Of a stretch of 10,991 bases of DNA, positions 7,786-10,991 are shown one piece after another. The stretch spans positions 1 to 10,991 of the forward strand of contig NW_021827192.1 in NCBI RefSeq assembly GCF_006345805.1, in the 5' to 3' direction. The first letter of the stretch is position 1. Every line of letters starts with the position of its first letter. The position numbers were made by a program, and so were the translations under genes. A model generated the notes under the pieces. It searched no databases, was not told the DNA's origin, and was given only the letters and a program-made list of their open reading frames with translations. The DNA is from Octopus sinensis (taxonomy: Eukaryota).

Positions 7786-8163
7786 TACATACTTTGACAC
7801 ACACGGAAAAATCATAGGTGCGGCTTAGTGGTTAAGATTTTTGGTTCACAGCTATATTGATTATAGTTCAATAATGCTTCTTATATGTGTATTTAACTAT
7901 TGTAAAAGTCAAGATAATGTGAATTCAAAATAAATTGAATCACAGAACATTCATCCGTTTTACATAATTTCACTTTAATTTAATAAGCTAACTCTAATCC
8001 ACACATTCTGTTTCACATACTGATACACATGTAAATTGCGAACACATCAGATGTGACCCAACCGTGATGTGGGGATATGGGCGTAGTTTGTAAAAAAAAT
8101 CAGAATCCGGTTTGCTTTTATATAAACTTTTCAGTAAGACAAATGACACTGCAACAATTATTG

Positions 8164-8378
8164 ATTTCTTACATTGGCACAAGACCACACGTTTGTCGGG
8201 TGGTGGTGCAGAATGGTTTAAGCCACATTTAATTAAATCATTAGAGGACTTGACGAGGGCTGTTTAATTTTATTGGCCATAAATGGTTAACTGCCAAAAG
8301 TACTCTCATTGGGATTTGATCTCAGAAGTTAACGGGCTGTAAAATATATAACAGAAGACATCGCATCGGACACCAGGA
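8164..8378 (-). mobile_element. Old, highly diverged SINE family A-related copy
   Basis: TTTCTTACATTGGCACAAGACC resembles 76-99; GGGATTTGATCTCAGAAGTTAA resembles GAATTCGATCTCAGAACGTAAA at 706-727. Confidence 0.5.
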
Positions 8379-9724
8379 CTTACATAAGAATTATTTCATG
8401 TTCTATGTATTACCATTGGATCTGAAACTCAGGACTCCATATATGATATGGCCAATTACGAGTACAACGTATGCAAATTGCGTATAAGTAATCATACAAC
8501 CATAAATACACACGTGCTCACACTCGCACATGTATAGATCAACAATAAGGAAATCAACTAGGTAGTGTGTGTCAGCACTTATCCAAGAATAGTAGCCAAA
8601 TCTTCAAATCAAAGTTCCCGCCTTATAAAGGAAACCTTGTATTATATGATCCTCAATTTTGAATACAGAGGCGAAAATTCGGGGAAGTTCATGGGTTGAA
8701 TTCTTGCACATGAGCCTGCTGGATCAAAACTGATCTGCAGCGAAGGAATCAGAAAATAGAAATAGTAGCGAGCTACTCCTCTAATCATAAGCCAACGCTT
8801 TAGATTAAGCACCATGCGCACTTATATATACATTCACACTGGAAAATATATTGCATATAACCAGTTAACACAAAGCACCCGTAGGCATGTAGCAAACTCA
8901 CAGATATATTCAGACACTACATTACGCAGTCGTATATGTTTATAGAAATTATACTGTCGTATACATATACACATCCATATACATCCATATACACGCACAA
9001 AGGCATACATCCACGAATATATTTTCAAACACATATACGCAAACGCTCGAAAACATTGCAAGTACCTTTGGCTTTACTGGCTTACAAGAGCATTTCCTAA
9101 ATATGTGTATTGTCGTTGTACTTCCTGTTACACACACTCACTCACACTTATACATTCATCTTAAAAATGCCCATTTCAAGGTTAGTACTCAATATATGTA
9201 CAAGTGTATATTTATTTACATACAGTCGATCTTTCACTTTTATGATTTGGCTGATGTTGGGGAAAAAAAAACTTGAAATATGCTCACAGCTGTCATTTTG
9301 TTTTTCTATTTTCTTTTTCTACTTCGAATTTTAGTGAAATATGAAAACTGAGACAACGATTATATTTCAGTTCTTAATTGAAACTATTTTACATTGAATT
9401 CTGGTGCAAATGTTTTTTTCACATACATTTGTCCACCGTCTCGATAAATAGTAATCTTACCGTGTATAAGAAGCTACTTCAATTCAAACACACTATAGTT
9501 ATTTATGGCAAAATCATGCGCATCCCTCAGTATCATTGCCTATTTTAAACTATTTTCAGTAGTAGAACACTTACGATTAATTATACTTCATATTGGGTAA
9601 AACTTACGTCACATGAATCTGCCTTTACCATGCTTTCTAGAGAATTACCGTTGTCAGAGGTATAGTGTAATGTGAGGTGCAGCGGGAATCTACTTCCAAG
9701 AAGTCTAATAATTCCGTAGAGTAT

Positions 9725-9836
9725 TTCTTATTCCTTTACTGCCCACAAGGGGCTACACACAGAGGGGACAAACAAGGAAAGATAAACGGATTAAATCGAT
9801 TATAACAACTCCAGTGCGTAACTGGTACTTATTTAA
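9725..9836 (-). mobile_element. SINE family A subfamily, 3' fragment
   Basis: AATCGATTATAACAACTCCAGTGCGTAACTGGTACTTATT aligns with AGTCGATTATATCGACCCCAGTGC..ACTTATT at 624-663; variant 3' end with CCCACAAGGGGCT. Confidence 0.7.
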
Positions 9837-10170
9837 ATTAGCAAGTAAAATCCAGGCTACATATCTTTCTTAACTAGCAGAAGGTCAAAATTAATAATTA
9901 TTCAACAAGGAGTACTCCACTAGCCAGTCATCAGGCCGAAAACACCTTTGATAAATGAAGGTTATATAAATATAAAATAACGTTTTTATTACCTTATCGA
10001 TCTTCGATATGCAAACAAGCTCTAATTGTCTCCGCCAAAGAACTACGAACATTCCTGGAAGTTACTTATTTTATACCTTCTACTAACTACCTGAATCTTA
10101 TTAACTTTCTACACCTTGATCCTGGGATCTTATAATTACATATCATTATATATATATATATATATATATA

Positions 10171-10375
10171 GTAAATCCAAACATGAAAACACAAAGAGAA
10201 AACACAACAACGCGAGGTCGTGGAACAAGTATAGTGTCATTGGACGCTCGACAAAGGAAAGAAAAAGGAGGATGATTTAACATATCAAACGGAGCTCTTC
10301 GTCAGAAACATAGGAAAAGGAAAGGTCCAAGGAAGGGATGACGGAAGAAAAAATCGCCAACGATACACACATGAT

Positions 10376-10378
<3 letters not shown>
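10171..10378 (-). mobile_element. Penelope-like pseudo-LTR-derived short element, copy 2 (degenerate hammerhead at 10275-10309)
   Basis: Inverted homolog of 2595-2786. Minus-strand core GTTT-CTGACGA-A-GAGCTCCGTTT-GATATGTT-AAAT has the GAAA box mutated to GATA. Flanked by (TA)n on the left and (CA)n on the right. Confidence 0.75.
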
Positions 10379-10410
<32 letters not shown>

Positions 10411-10420
10411 GTATATATAT

Positions 10421-10573
10421 ATACGACGGGCTTCTTTCAGTTTTTGTCTGCCAATCCACTCACAAGACTTTGGTTGGTCTGAAGCAATAGAAGACACTTG
10501 CCTAAGTTTCAACGCAGTGGGACTGATCCCAGAACAGTGTGGCTGTGAAGCAAGCTTCTTATTACACAGCCAT
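10421..10573 (-). mobile_element. SINE family B, 5' half
   Basis: Reverse complement aligns with 7234-7383 (TCAGTCCCACTGCGT, GGCAAGTGTCTTCT, CTTGTGAGTGGATT, AAACTGAAAGAAGCCCGTCGTAT). Confidence 0.85.
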
Positions 10574-10884
10574 GTGTGAGTGCGTGCATTTGTGTGGTTT
10601 ATACTTTATTTCTTTAAGTCACTGGAATGCGGTCAGGAATCAGCATCAACTTTTCGATGACATTGATCGCGGCACAAATATATTCAGTTTGGTATTTACG
10701 GAAATTATATCAACGCTCTTTTTAACTAACTGTAAAATGAATGAGAATCAAAGAAAAGAATTCCGTGTATCGATGAGAATTGAGGAGTGTAGTATAAACT
10801 ATAATAATTAAAATAACGAAAGAGCCATACGCACATACATACAACCGTTCATACCAATTGCATGTGCCCGTAAGGCAATGGGCA

Positions 10885-10960
10885 CTTCGGTGCCATAGTA
10901 GATGATACATGTCCTAGAAGTCAAATTGCGGAACTGAGCTCAGAACACGCAGCTGCAAAT
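10885..10960 (-). mobile_element. Highly diverged SINE family B fragment
   Basis: ATAGTAGATGATACATGTCCTAG...GGAACTGAGCTCAGAAC resembles 865-918 and 10487-10536. Confidence 0.45.
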
Positions 10961-10991
10961 TAGGATTAAATGCACACATTACACAGATGCA

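Noticed and set aside
7817-7872. Degenerate tRNA-like or SINE head (GCGGCTTAGTGGTTAAG...AGTTCAAT)
   Set aside because: Too short and diverged to assign; no body or tail seen.

Overview
AT-rich, microsatellite-dense eukaryotic non-coding DNA (intron or intergenic), most likely from a coleoid cephalopod such as Octopus. The taxon is inferred from recalled repeat families and was not verified by search. No intact protein-coding gene is supported; most listed ORFs are translations of (TA)n/(TG)n/(AAT)n repeats. The window is a stack of decayed transposons: three tRNA-derived SINE families in several copies; an L1/Tx1-type LINE ORF2 fragment (1373-1571); an internally deleted minus-strand Helitron with RepHel N-terminal motifs, a 69-bp coding repeat and a hairpin+CTAG 3' end (2546-~3690); a mariner transposase C-terminal remnant (4497-4655); an element embedded in (AAT)n (231-546); and two copies of a ~200-bp Penelope-like element carrying a minimal hammerhead ribozyme core (2595-2786, 10171-10378). 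The most unusual observation is a 166-bp internal Helitron fragment (1581-1746), about 83% identical to the inverted neighbouring copy, inserted into the LINE remnant with a 10-bp flanking direct repeat, which Helitrons do not create themselves.
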